This document shows, piece after piece, positions 43,499 to 57,489 of a stretch of 64,000 nt of DNA. The stretch comes from Polymyxa betae A26-41 (taxonomy: Eukaryota > Protista > Endomyxa: Phytomyxea): positions 4,127 to 68,126 of the forward strand of contig RBZT01000545.1 of the NCBI GenBank assembly GCA_003693705.1. Direction: 5' to 3'. A program made the translations under genes and the position numbers. The notes beneath the pieces were generated by a model. That model had not been told where the DNA came from. It searched no databases and saw only the letters and a program-made list of their open reading frames with translations. Position 1 is the first letter of the stretch. The number at the start of each line of letters is the position of its first letter.

Positions 43499-44548
43499 AT
43501 GTGGTCGCCGACCCCAGCTGTCCGGCGTCGTTCTGGAAATCCTATCAGTTTGCTTATCATTATTATTTTCGTGCTAAGCCAGCTGGCTATCATTGTGTTT
43601 ATCTTGCAGCATTCCGGAACCAATCCGCGATGTGGTGAGCCGATTACTGATCGAACTCTTTCGTTAACAAAATGCTTTACTAGAGGCATCCAGGGCCCTT
43701 ACAACCCGAATGCTGTCGCTACGATAATCTTGGCAATGAAAGGGTTGTCTAAGCACACTTATAACTCAGGCGGATTACGCCATCTGAAATATATCATGCA
43801 CTCAAGATCGCTGATTGTCAACGAGATCAATTTCGTTGTCATGACTGCCAATTGCCCAATGGCTCAGCTAGCTCGAGATCTGGGATTCGCTACAATTCAT
43901 CCAGAAAGCGGGTCTTCTGCAGGAGATCTCACCTACAATCACGCTTTTGAATTGGTTACCAAATACTCTAAGACCCCAATCGTAGGCTTTGCTAATAGCG
44001 ATATCATTTTTTTGGACAATTTCGCTGTTGCGCTTCGTGCAGTTCTAGCTGATCCAAGACATAAACAATGGAAGAAATTTTTCTTAACTGGTGTGCGGAA
44101 GAACGTTGATGTTCCCGATGACATTATGCCTATGGACCGCCCTATTGACAGCAAGATTTGGAAGAACTTCACAACATTTATCTCCTCACACGGGACGATG
44201 TTTCAAGATATAACAGCTGATTACTTTCTATGGAGTCGGCAAGGTGATTGGGATTGGCGCTCTTTGCCGCCTTTTCTGATTGGCGGTATCGGATTTGACA
44301 ATTGGATTGTCGGCTGGGCCAGCGGTACTGGTGGTATTGAAACCATCAACATCACTCCGCTTGTCGATGCCATTCACGTCAACCATGGTTCCGGTGGCTT
44401 GAAACTATATGGCAGTCATTTTTCGCCAGCTTCGCATCTCAATGAGGAAGTGTTTAAGAAATTCGGAATGGTCGGATCCTGTGATGTAAAAGATCTGGAT
44501 TGGGCTGTAAAATCAGAAAACGGAAAGCCTTTCTTGAAACATCAATAA
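43499..44548 (+). CDS. Type II membrane GT-A-fold glycosyltransferase-like protein (intronless ORF)
   Basis: N-terminal TM (ISLLIIIIFVLSQLAIIVFIL), FANSDIIF (DxD-like), DYFLW, PPFLIGGIGFDNW, AIHVNH. Confidence 0.7.
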   Translation: MWSPTPAVRRRSGNPISLLIIIIFVLSQLAIIVFILQHSGTNPRCGEPITDRTLSLTKCFTRGIQGPYNPNAVATIILAMKGLSKHTYNSGGLRHLKYIMHSRSLIVNEINFVVMTANCPMAQLARDLGFATIHPESGSSAGDLTYNHAFELVTKYSKTPIVGFANSDIIFLDNFAVALRAVLADPRHKQWKKFFLTGVRKNVDVPDDIMPMDRPIDSKIWKNFTTFISSHGTMFQDITADYFLWSRQGDWDWRSLPPFLIGGIGFDNWIVGWASGTGGIETINITPLVDAIHVNHGSGGLKLYGSHFSPASHLNEEVFKKFGMVGSCDVKDLDWAVKSENGKPFLKHQ

Positions 44549-44939
44549 TGCTTTTTTCGACCAACGTCTATTTATTCGATCTTTATTAATATACCACTGA
44601 TTAAAATGCACGTATTTTGAAGGTTGTTACAATAAGCAGCTAATTCTGGGAAGCAGTCATAGTTATACGAAAACCTATGCAAGACTACAACTTCTCGCAC
44701 CATTTTCATCAGAGCCAATCGGAATGTGTCGTTAGTGAATCATCAGTTATCGGAAGCAATAACGAAGGAATCTGCATGACACAACAAGAGTGAATTTGTC
44801 GCCGGCAAAAATCAAATGATAAATCGTCTTTGCTGCTCTGCATAATCAACAGCAACTTCAGTACTGTTATCGTTAAGTGGCGCGCAGCCCTGACTGCTTG
44901 TTCAGGATTCGTCAAACTTTGTGACTTTTTGCATACGTC

Positions 44940-45656
44940 ATGAAGCCATCGATTGTCACATTTGCCATGCGGTTGGCCATTACCGCCGTTGTTATTGCGA
45001 TCGGGCTGCAGTACATGCAATCGACTGCGATTAGAATGACAATGGCGTTGGGATTCCCAATCTTCTATGCCTTATTTTCACTGCAATGGCCCAGCCAGAA
45101 ATGTATTTCGGTGCTGTATGGCCAAGTTGACGTTCAATGGAGACGGTTACCTAGTGGGACTATTCGCTCTACAAGAAGTGTTGTGAACTTTATTGCGATG
45201 TCGTTGAGCACGTTCCGTGACGATCGTGATGGGTGCGATGTACGCGATGTCAGCGACGACGATACTGAAAAAGATATCTCGATCCTGCTGAGGCTTGAGG
45301 ATTCCGGAAAGATAGCAGGGGTTAGTCTCATATCTTGGGATATGTCCCTGCTGTCATTTGAGGCACTTCTTACTGAATCGATTCGGAAGAGCTGCAAGCC
45401 TGTCGAGTAAGCCCGCCTTTATCAATTTTGTCTCGAGATTAAATGCCAGGGCAGGCTCGTTGCTCGACTTATCAACGGCCGTGTTGTTTATCTGGTTGCG
45501 ACATTTGGTCCACTAAATCAGGACCAGCAACGGGCGCTGTTGACGATGTGCCAAATACTGAACGGAGCCCCTAGTACGAAACAGTTAAGGCCCTTCAAAT
45601 GCCGAAATTTCATCCAACGAAGCCGTAAAGAGCCGAAAATGCAACAGATTCTCTGA
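44940..45656 (+). CDS. Hypothetical membrane protein (two TM segments)
   Basis: ORF 44940..45410 with two hydrophobic segments, followed by a GTAAG intron and a further exon. The start may be upstream. Confidence 0.4.
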
Positions 45657-46475
45657 CCACCTATCATCTGTCTCTCTGTTGCTGTCGCATTGGAATAGCC
45701 AATGGGCTAGGATTCTTCTTGGCGCTTTGCTCTTTCACGGAATGGCTCTTAACGCCCTGCATAAGCCTAATTTATAATGGCGGTCATAATTCGTGACAGT
45801 CGCTTTGGATTCTGTTTATTTTGCATGCTGCTAACGATAAGCTGTTCACACTGTGATCCAAACTGTCATTTTCGCTGACAGTTAGATTGCAGCGAATTGT
45901 CTTATTGCTGTCACATTAATACATGTCTTCAAGTGATTGCGTTGGAATGAGGAGCAGATGCATCATTACAAAACCGATTCGCTCATCGTCACCAGCAAAC
46001 ATATGTATAATCTATTTATTCCATTTGCGACTTTTAAAGAAGCCTGAAGCCGAGACTGGTTAAAATAGAGGCCGCACCGCGCAAGTTGTTGACGTTACCC
46101 TTCTGTTGGTTCATGATGGGTTTTGACGGAAAGCGGTGCCCCCTTATCACGGTCTAGGTCATGCGGTTCATTCATACCAGTTTCCGTCGTCTTTCCCCGT
46201 TGTTTTGTATATAGCAGATGGGCGGCATATTTCTTGCGCTTTTAATCCTGTCAAATGCGCTGGTTGCTGCTGCCGATGCGGATCGTTTGAGAGTCGGGAC
46301 ATGTCGACAATATCCTGGATCGGTTCCGACATCAGCAGTGCAGCAAATTAGTAATATCTAATTTATCTTTTTGAACTATGTCTATTATGCCGCTTTACAA
46401 CTAGGTTTTCTCGTGGCTGTAGCTTGTATCAGCAGTAGATTGTAAACTCGAACTCTGTTTTCTTTTGCCGAATTT

Positions 46476-47997
46476 TTGCTTAGCAACTACCACACTTTCC
46501 AAAATCAAAATTTTTCACTTAAGATCTATTTATTATTAGGCAGCCTGAAGTCGCAGCAGTCCGATTCAGCTCAATCTCCGGCCCACGCTGCCAATACCTA
46601 CAATTGTCCTGTTCAAATTGTGATTAATCCTGAACCATCTAAGACCGACGAAGATACTGGGCAACAGTGCACATTTGAGACGGTTTTGAACTCCCCAGGA
46701 CAACAACCCCTTCAATTCGAAATCGATAGCTCTCGACCTGCGACGTTAGCGAAATGCGAGATCACCGCTTCGGTGCCAAGATCTGCTCTGTTGAGTCATG
46801 CTCCTTCTCTTGATACCATAACTCTCTCGATTTCGCTTCAGTTGCTCATTACCAACAAAGATGTCGAACGTACAGCTGCTACAACATCTGCACCTGTAAA
46901 GGAGGACGGATCGACATCTCCGCCGTCGACTTCTGGTTTAACAGATGAAGATCTAAGTGACGATGATCTACTGAGTAACTCTGTACCTAATTCCGGTCCT
47001 CTCTCAGAAACAGTTTCCTCTGTACCTAATTCCGGTCCTCTCTCAGAAACAGTTTCCGAACCGAGGCCTTCTGTGAGCGAAGCCTCAGCAAGCCATGCGA
47101 CCAAATCCGATAATTTTTTCAGCCGGACGGCGGCACGGATCTTGCGTCGGCGACAGAAACGTGAAATGGAACAGAAGCAACAGCAAATCGAATTCGAGAA
47201 CTTGCAGGAAAAAGAACGCATGCGAAGACAGCGTTTCTATCGCCGAGCTATTTTGGATCAAGGGACGACTGTCGTGCCTCAAGCAAATGCGAGTCAATGT
47301 TCTTCTCCCAAAACACCCGGTCATCCTCCTAAACCGGGTAAACGGTCATCTGAAAGTCCCGTTTCGCCACTTCGGAATTTGCTTCCCGCCAGTTGCTTTT
47401 CTAAGGAGCCCAAACAAGCTGTGTCTGGCAGCGATTCTAAACATGCCAAGAAGACTGCTGCTGGCAATGGGCAATCTGGTGCTGCCACTGAACATCATTC
47501 AGAGTTGGATAGGACACATCAGAAATCTCGCCCTGGGATATTTAAGCGACAACGAAGTCGAATGATGGACGCTCTGCGGGACGTTTTCGGCGGCAGCAGC
47601 CCAACTCAGCAACCTCGGGCTGTTTGGCACCAACCGGGACCTGCCTCCAGGCGCGATCTACTAAAGCGGATTGCAGACGTAGCTGACTCAGATGACGAGG
47701 ACGATATCGCTGATAGCGATGAGTGTGAAGGCGAAGTGAGGCGGCGGATTTGGGCTTTATACTCGGATCCCGCCCAGATGAACATCGCTGCAGGTACGAT
47801 ATGGGTTGCTTTTAGTGGTTTTTACTAAAGCGATTTCATTTGGGGATTCTTAATACTTTATAGTTAATTGGGTTTAGGTGGATCAACAGCTGCTTCCGAA
47901 TTTGACCCTGAAGAGCTGAGTCAAATTGACCAATTGCTGGCTCGTAGTCGGCCGAGTATGGATCCTGGTTGGTTACGTTATCAAGATAATACAGTTT
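46476..47997 (+). CDS. Hypothetical low-complexity Ser/Pro-rich protein (large exon)
   Basis: 450-aa ORF with a charged coiled-coil segment and an acidic tail; probable introns at both ends. Confidence 0.55.
46979..47056 (+). repeat. Perfect in-frame 39-bp tandem duplication (SVPNSGPLSETVS x2)
   Basis: CTCTGTACCTAATTCCGGTCCTCTCTCAGAAACAGTTTC repeated twice exactly. Confidence 0.95.
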
Positions 47998-48947
47998 AAA
48001 TTGCCAGGCAAATTAGTTTGTATACATGTTTGAACGGATCTTGCCTTTTGTGATGCCGAACACAAGAACGTCTTATCATAAATGGAAGGGTCCAATAAAT
48101 TTAGTCCAATGGAATTTCCTGATCGACATTATCGATCCGTTCTGTAATAATTTCAGATTGAAGTAGGAACAGCAAGGTTAAGGTCGGTCGGTGTTAGGCA
48201 GCTGTTTTTCATATCATCGCATGTCAAACTGCAGATTCTATCAGCAACGATATTGGTCCCGAAACCAATCCTCGAGTCTGTGCGACCTGCGAGTTTCTCA
48301 ACAAGAACCGATAAGCCAAACAGCTTATTTGATTACAACCTGCGGCGACAATGTCACTATTATTTCGCTTCATGTAACTTCGTATTTGATATTCAGCTAA
48401 TGGATGGAGCTCATTTGGATCTGCACGCAATCTCTACATATCCTCTGCGATCATGTCATGTCTTTGATAACAATGCTTCACTATTCTGACCCTAAACTCT
48501 AACCCTAATCCAGATCACGTGAATCCAGATCAAATGCGGAATGTGGTTGTATCCTTATCTACTATTGTTGAATTTATATCTGAGGCAGCCTGTTACCAGT
48601 CCATGAAACTTGTATTCTATCAGCAGCTCCGACGCCAGCTATGAATGGGTATGCTCTCCATCTCTCATTCAACTCAGGTTGTATATTCAAGACCATAGCG
48701 AAATTACGGGTCAACATTGGCTAGCAATGCCAAGATTTGGTCCACAAGAAGCTGTTTATGACAATAATGGATCTGCAATACCATCAGGAACAGAAACTGT
48801 TATACATATTCAATGGATTCCTTCATTATCAAATGATTATACCAAGACTGATCAAGATATAGCTCCTGGAACATTTATCAGACAGATTGCAACAAGTTGT
48901 TAGCGAATGGGAAGCTTTAGCTGCCAAGAAGAAGCTTAGGTCACAGA

Positions 48948-50340
48948 TCAGTCGTCAACGGAACCAGAAAGAACTTCGGAGCTTGTAACCGGTGCGATAA
49001 TCGGATCGAATACTCGAATGAACTCCGATACAGAAATAACCAGCTTTACATCTGGTTCTCCGCCACCCAGCCACACGAAATCAACTGTTTCCACGATGCG
49101 CTGATCCAAGACAAAAGGAACTTCGAGCCCGTGACGGAACCCGAGCGGCGACCTGGACAAATCACACCACGTGAGCCAGTATTTCCAAAGGACAATTGTC
49201 GTCTAGGACGTACACAGCATTGTGGACAAATCCGGAGAGCTGGTCGTTATCTGCTTCAGAGGCAACACGAAAGTTGTAGCGCTTTCTCGCAGGTGCAGGC
49301 GGTGGAACTGCATGGCGCAAGTGCTCGATGAGCTTCTCGTTCACAAACTTCACTTCATATTGCTATCGTAAAAAAGGTTAATAACAAGGTCACATCGATC
49401 GCGATAAATAAACAAAGATTTAGACATTACAGCTAAAATTACAAGCAAGTATCAACGTGAGAAATTGAGTTATAACAGTTTGTGGAATGAAATTACAAAC
49501 GAAGTCATGATTGTGATTTGAAAAACGTTGGATAAAAGCAGAACCCTGAACAACGAAGATCGGAAGAAACTCACGTAAATGACGAGATAATGAGAGGCAT
49601 AGAAGCGGTCAAACGGCGCTTTGCCGAGCTCAATGAGAGGTGCCTTCTTATTTACCATCAGCATCGATTTACATAAATTCGAGACGGTCGGCGCCTGTAA
49701 ACACGCCCGGCGCTGCTCCAATGTCCACGAATAATAGTCGCCGGGAGTACGTCGCAGGCGGCATTGACTCAAGCCGAGACGGATGATCTCCCGGCGTTGT
49801 CGTTGCATCAGATCTGTATCTTTACCCAGCAAATCGGTCACGTAATCTGTAGCGAGGGTAAGACTATCGCAAGCATTACAGATCCGAAATCCAAAAAACC
49901 CAAACTCAAGAAAAACTATTTGAGCATCTGCTAAATCCGGTTATAAACTGTCAGTAAATTCCCAAAAGTTCATGATCCTATCAAGTCTGACAAACGCTAC
50001 CGATAGCATGAAAAGGCACCCGAAATCTAGAACCCATGAAATGACAAAAACTAAGCGAAAAGCCGAGAAGGAGAATGAGTTTCAGCGAACCATTTTCAGA
50101 TTGTGGCTGTGACCTGAGAGGGTTCTCACCACGATTGTCTACAACCGGCTTCATAGTAGTAGTCGGTTTCATAGAGACGCCATTAGATTCGTTAGCGAAT
50201 AGGCGGGATCTGGTTGGCGCGCCCTCAGAGCTGCATTGGGTCAGTAGGCTGCGAATTCGTGCTATTCGGTCCTCAATAGAGCTGATCTTAGCCTGAAGCT
50301 GGCCCAGGCGCTGTGCAGATGACGTCCCTGGCGGCGACAT
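48948..50340 (-). CDS. YbaK/aminoacyl-tRNA-editing-associated domain protein with N-terminal coiled coil (spliced)
   Basis: DYYSWTLEQRR..L.APTVSNLCKSMLMVN, QY, YNFRVA, LSGFVHNAV.PLG, VWLGGGEPDVKL. Exon 1 RLGQLQAKISSIEDRIARI is coiled-coil-like. Confidence 0.82.
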
Positions 50341-50537
50341 TTCCCTAATTGTGCGCATCGGGAAGCTCAAGCACACATTGAACAAAATCGCATCTTCCAT
50401 AATCTGGAAAGGCTTTCGGATCGGGATGGATAAAGCATATCGCAAGGATCTTACTAATTGTTCATCGATTCCATCGCAGGTTCGCTGGCTGATCATCATG
50501 AGTTTTGGATAATTCGCCCTCCCTCAATGATGGCACT

Positions 50538-51344
50538 ATGTCGAAGGTTTTTGAATATGTACGAAACCAGCTCATAGTCTTTGGCCAGACAATTGTATCT
50601 TCGCAGGCAGCCAAACATGAAACTGAGGTGACAAACAAAGTACAGTCGCCCAACAAACATGCAGCAACTGAATCAAGCGAAACAGGCCAAAATCGGAAAT
50701 TAGTATTATTGTCAAATTGCGCATTTGCTCAAGTAGGGATGGCGTGGGCCAGTACAATCCCTTTCGGTTCAAATTTGATCAGGGCGTAATCTGGAATTTT
50801 GAATTCGCTTGAGAGCACTGGCATACGTAATCAGAAGTTTCTCCAAACCGAGTCAGGCTGCACATTTGCTTCTCTTGACTGCAGATATTTTATTCAAGAA
50901 ATACCGGCTCGATAACAATCTGGAGGTTGCATACATGTCCTGAAACGTCTAAAGCTCAAAGGTTCCACAATTTCACAGGGAAATGCTACGTTCGGCCGAT
51001 TCATTTCAACATTCCTGTTCACAAAGGCCAGCCCATAGAGAAGCGTTGGCTTCAGGTCTCAGAAGGGCCAGGACGCCCATCACAGTTGCGACTAACAACT
51101 GCATTATCATCGTTGCTGACGTTGCACGATGTCAAAGGATATCCTGAACCGGGTTCGGAAGTGGATCCCATGCATGCATGTGCCGGCACCAAAGCGAGCC
51201 TTTACGAGGGAGTTCCCGTAAGAATGAATTCTGCTATAATCGCTGGTTCTGGCAATAATACATTCTGGATAGGAGAGAGTACGAACTGGAATTTGGCGAG
51301 TACGACGCCGACTCAGAATGGACGCTAAGCGATCAGGAATATGA
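50538..51344 (+). CDS. Hypothetical spliced protein
   Basis: Plus-strand ORFs 50505..50789 and 50927..51328 with plausible short introns; no recognised domain. Confidence 0.3.
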
Positions 51345-51587
51345 ACCTTCTCGGCCGCAGGTGAAAGTCAATCGTAACCTGTTTAAAGACGCTGCATAAG
51401 AATCTTGGAATGAAGACGCGGTCGGTAATCTAATATACAAGCTCAAAATGGTCAGGGAACAATGGCTCATCCTTTCGGTCAAAGACACTCGCAGTGTCAG
51501 CTTCGGTTTCCATTAAACGAATGACAGAGCCAAATATTGCAGAAGTTTGGTGTATTGATATATTGGATTCAGTTAGAAAACAACAAT

Positions 51588-53289
<1,702 letters not shown>

Positions 53290-53711
53290 TCTTTCAGATT
53301 GATGATAGCAAAGCTCGATATCTATAAAGCCAAGTTGATTGGGGAGCCTCCCTGCCAGTCATTGAATCACTGATGAGTGATGAAACGTAATCGTGACTTT
53401 ACGTTAGAGGCTGCGCCAGTGAGGTTGCGCTAAGTGACAAATGACAGAAGTCGCATAAGTGCAATGCACAAGGCATCCTCGACACATTTGTATAAAGGAG
53501 TTTCAAATGTCAGGTCGATGTGAATTTATCTGTTTTTCGACAACAGAAATGTTATGATTGCGGAAACATATTTTCGGAATGCTCAGTCCATACTATATGA
53601 CTGAACTATTCTTGGGAAGCTATCGAATGTTTGAGCATTTTGATTTCCCGAGATTTTTCTGGCTTTCGCTGTTATGAGAATGTCGAATCGAAGTTGTATG
53701 CTGTAAGAAGT

Positions 53712-53783
53712 GGTTGTGTGGTGCAGTGGTAGCACGTCGCCCTCCGGAGGCGAAGGTCGCGGTTTCGACTACCGTCACGATCA
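53712..53783 (+). tRNA. tRNA with anticodon CCG (nominally Arg), Trp-like body
   Basis: Cloverleaf: acceptor GGTTGTG/CACGATC, D-stem GTGC/GCAC, anticodon stem TCGCC/GGCGA with loop CT-CCG-GA, T-arm GCGGT-TTCGACT-ACCGT, discriminator A. Confidence 0.88.
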
Positions 53784-53790
53784 TGAACCA

Positions 53791-53796
53791 TTTTTT
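53791..53796 (+). terminator. RNA polymerase III oligo-T terminator of the tRNA gene
   Basis: TTTTTT starting 8 nt downstream of the tRNA discriminator base. Confidence 0.75.
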
Positions 53797-53997
53797 GGCA
53801 TTTTGGTTGTTAAAAATGTTCGGCCACCTCTGTAAAATCTCATACAAAGCTGCTGGCAACATTTAACGGATTCCTGTCCATACAGACGGCGGTTGCCTCA
53901 GTTTTGTTGAAGCCCTAAACCCTAAGAAGACCCTGCTCGCAATCATCCTGCTCGCCTGCTGTCATATCAACGACGATGCGGCGATTTATTGATCGAT

Positions 53998-55735
53998 TTA
54001 GTCGAGCTGATCTTGTGCACGTGCGATTCGATCGCGGCATTCACCTGCCTGAGCGCAATCGGTCCCGAACAGCGTCTCGTAGATGGCGGCTGCATCCGAG
54101 AAGTTCTGCACAGCATCTTCGGGTCGGCCGGCCACGACCAGGACATCGCCGCGAGTTTTGAGTAGGTCCGCAACCTGATTGCTGTTCGGCCCATGTAATC
54201 GCGATTCGGCTTTGACCACGAGACTCAAGTATTGAAGAGCTCCAGACGCATTTCGCTGCCGAACGAAAAGGAACGCGATCTGGCGCAGGGTTCGGGCGAC
54301 CGGAGCTGACCATTTCCCGTGCAATTGACGGAACACTTTCAGCGATCGTTCGAAGTTCTCAATCGCGGCCGTACTGGTCCCGGACTCGGCCAGCGCCATT
54401 CTACGCTGGACGGTCAGATTGCAGATTCGCGTGATCTTACACAATAAATAAACTTGTTGCATTATAGAAACACGATTCCGAAAATCGATTAGAAAATCAC
54501 GAACGAAAGATTGGTGAACGAACCCGAGATAGAAGAGGGCATCTCCCATTTCCTGCTTGTATACGAAATTATTGGCGACGCCAACGGCGACAGCTTTAGT
54601 CAAAACATCGATAGCTTTCTGGACAGTGGTTTGGTCAGGTTTGACATCAGCCGTGTCGGCAACGGGAGGACCGGCAGCGGCAAGTTTTAGGTAGGCGCGT
54701 CCTAATTGCAGAAATATGATCAGCATGTCCGGATGTGTACTCGATACATCAAGAAGTTTCTCTTTCATCGCTTGTTCTAACGTTTCGACCGCATCGCCAT
54801 GGAAACGCTTCTGCAACAAATATTCATTTTTTTTAACTGGAAAATTATCACAAAGCAATCCAACGGCAATCGACGTTTTTGGTAAATTGCATAGAATGTT
54901 CAAGAGACGAATGGAAATAGAGGTAACGTAGAGTCCTGAACTGCTAAAAATCAAAAAGTAGGAAATACTGCTTAAAAGTAGAATTTGGAGTTCGTGCTGT
55001 CAAAATTTTCAAAAATGTTCTGTTCATCTTTCCCTGAAAATTCACCAAAAGCTTAAGTAAAAAAAACGATGAAATTTGAAGGGGCGTGAGATGCGATCAT
55101 GGATTGGTCATGACTATACTGACATGAGTATGTTCTGCAGCCATTGCAATCATTAGATCAACTCTATGAGTAACAGATGCAGCATATCCGAGTAGTTCAC
55201 GAGCCTGACCTAGAATCGGGTCGGCCTTCGTGAATTGACGAAGTCCGATTAGAGCCTGGGCCAGTGTCGCCAGACCCGTGAATCTTAGCGCTGCTGCATC
55301 CGGATGATCGATCGAGGCTAATCGCTCCAGTACGGTATGTGAGTGCATCTCCGCCTGGGCGTACAGGCCCCGGCGAAGATAGGCGCGGCCGAGACGGGCC
55401 ATCGCCAATGTCACTTCTGGGTGACCTTTCCCGAAACATAGCTGCGCTAGAGCCAAGCAATGCATTCGGGCCGTCACGGCCGCCTCGAAATCGTGCTGGT
55501 CCTCGGCTTCGACGGCGCGGACCGAGAAACTGGTGAGGCGCTCCTCGGGCGGCGTCATGTCGATGGGTTCGGCGGCAGCAGCGGCGGCCGCGGCGGCCGA
55601 TTTTCGTGAAACGCGCCGTTTGGTCTGTGTATGAGGTTGATGATGATGCCCATGACCGAACATGAGAGCGGCATGATTGAAGGCCATCGTACTATCGAGG
55701 CCGATGATGGCCGCCGATTTCGAATGCGAACTCAT
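53998..55735 (-). CDS. TPR protein, TTC23/TTC23L-like (spliced)
   Basis: PPEERL...AVTARMHCLALAQLCFGKGHPEVTLAMARLGRAYL resembles the TTC23 N-terminus. Kinesin-light-chain-type TPRs (HPDM, HGKWSAPVA, HGPNSNQVA) follow. Confidence 0.75.
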
Positions 55736-56541
55736 GGCCGCACAGAGGGCGACGTTCAGTCGGGGCTCAATCTGCTGCCCGGAAACCAATCACAACCGAG
55801 ATCGGAGCAGATCCCGAAAAATATCTGACAGCGTATCTGGGGCACGCCCTCAGAATTCGACGAATCTGGCAGAAGCCACTACGGTTTGCATTCTGCCGGA
55901 GATCACACCAGATGCATTTCCGCCCAGTACACAAAGCACATTCGTTGAAGTACAACTGACCGAGTTAACAAGAAGGAAATTTAATTTGATACCAAAATTT
56001 AGAAATGACTTCAAAACTTTTTTTAAATTAAGTTATTAAGAGTTTTTATCTTCTTTTATAAGACTTCAGTATAGTAATTTTACAAAAGTAAATCTGTTGT
56101 TCGTGATTATCTGTATTGACGGCAGACACCGTAACAATTATCGGCCGCGCAGAACTCGCTAAGGTTCTCTTCATACTACATGGGTCGGATGGTATAATTG
56201 GCTATGGCGTCGATTCTGTCACATGATCGTTGCATGAGTGATCCGATGAATACACATTTCGGTCAGATCAACGTTTTCGTCTTTGTCAGCCCATTAAACA
56301 GCTTAAGTAGAGAGGCTATCGCTGATTTGAGAGCTGATTGATCAAACTTCATGTGCGATCATTCTATGAATATATCTAGATTGGTTTTGAGAGCTTGCAA
56401 TTGCCAATAATCAGAGAAGAGCAATTTGCCATACATTGACCACCGGGGTTCTGTACCCATGGGACAACGTTTTGGTATTAATACTTACAGAACAATTGTA
56501 TTACAAAACTGCGAATATTAAATAACTACCCGCAATATGTA

Positions 56542-56585
56542 TAAACCATCTTTCGAGTTCCCGTAAACCATCTTTCGAATTCCCG
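56542..56585. repeat. 22-bp tandem duplication
   Basis: TAAACCATCTTTCGA(G/A)TTCCCG x2. Confidence 0.9.
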
Positions 56586-56769
56586 TAATGTTCGCATTGT
56601 GTTTTTTTATACATTATTGGGGAAATGGTGCGTACTAATTGCTCGAAAACGTCCGGTCGGACCTGACTTCTCAAATGCCTTTATTGTCCACAAGACACCA
56701 TATATAATCATAGTCACAAAATATTCATCAAATGGCATGGTACATCAAGGCACACGCAATTAACTATGC

Positions 56770-57484
56770 TCGATTATTCTTCGCCAAACGGTATGGGAGA
56801 TCAATTTTTTCTGTTCGTCAAGTCTCGGATTATGAGGGCACGTCTTCAGAAGATACACTTTATGCAAACAGTCCCAGCACGCGGCTTCTTTGATTCCCTA
56901 CTAAACGTTGTAACGGCACAAGGCCGTTTTAGTGAAAGTTCCTGTCGCTCACGTAACAGATCCAACTCACATTGCTCCGCATTATCATAAACATATATAA
57001 TTCTTTTACAAAAGCCTTTTTGCCATCTTCAAGATGAACTTTGTGAACTTTAAGGCTGATTCCATGGCCTCACGAAAACGAACAGGGCGCAAAGCGCCTT
57101 CTAAAAAAATTAATATAACTTTTCGAACCTCGAGACAGTTCAAATGACTCAGAGTATTGGTGATCCTCAATTACCGATTTATACTAGTAACTAAATCTGT
57201 AATGAGAGCCTTCGGCCGCAGATTAACATTCATCTTCAATCCCGAAGATAAGATGAGCTGTAAAGCATGAAAGCCTTCAGCAGAGTCTCTAAGGTTTCAA
57301 CGACCTTTTCAGTCGGATTCGCCTTCTTTCTATCAGATAAATGATGTTCTTCGATTGTGGTCCATAAATGAGGATCAATCATCGATTGCAAAGAACGCGG
57401 CTTAACCGATTGTGTTACACCTTGATCCTGCGCGTCGGTTAAACAGCTGCGATAACGAGTCAGTTGACGACGAAGGGACCGCAT
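56770..57484 (-). pseudogene. Degenerate gag-like retroelement remnant
   Basis: ORF 57236..57484 (SVKPRSLQSMIDPHL) continues with stops and frameshifts (LKMNVNLRPK...LEGALRPVRFREAMESAL), a pattern resembling protist LTR-element gag. It abuts an RT fragment. Confidence 0.35.
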
Positions 57485-57489
57485 AGTCA

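Noticed and set aside
48080-48903. Possible small spliced gene on the plus strand
   Set aside because: ORF 48610..48903 looks protein-like, but I could not build a consistent gene model or assign a family.
56183-56260. tRNA-like 5' half (GGTCGGATGGTATAATTGG...CTGTCAC)
   Set aside because: It has an A-box-like stretch and an Asp-like loop, but no T-arm/B-box and no proper acceptor pairing. Probably chance or a heavily decayed remnant.
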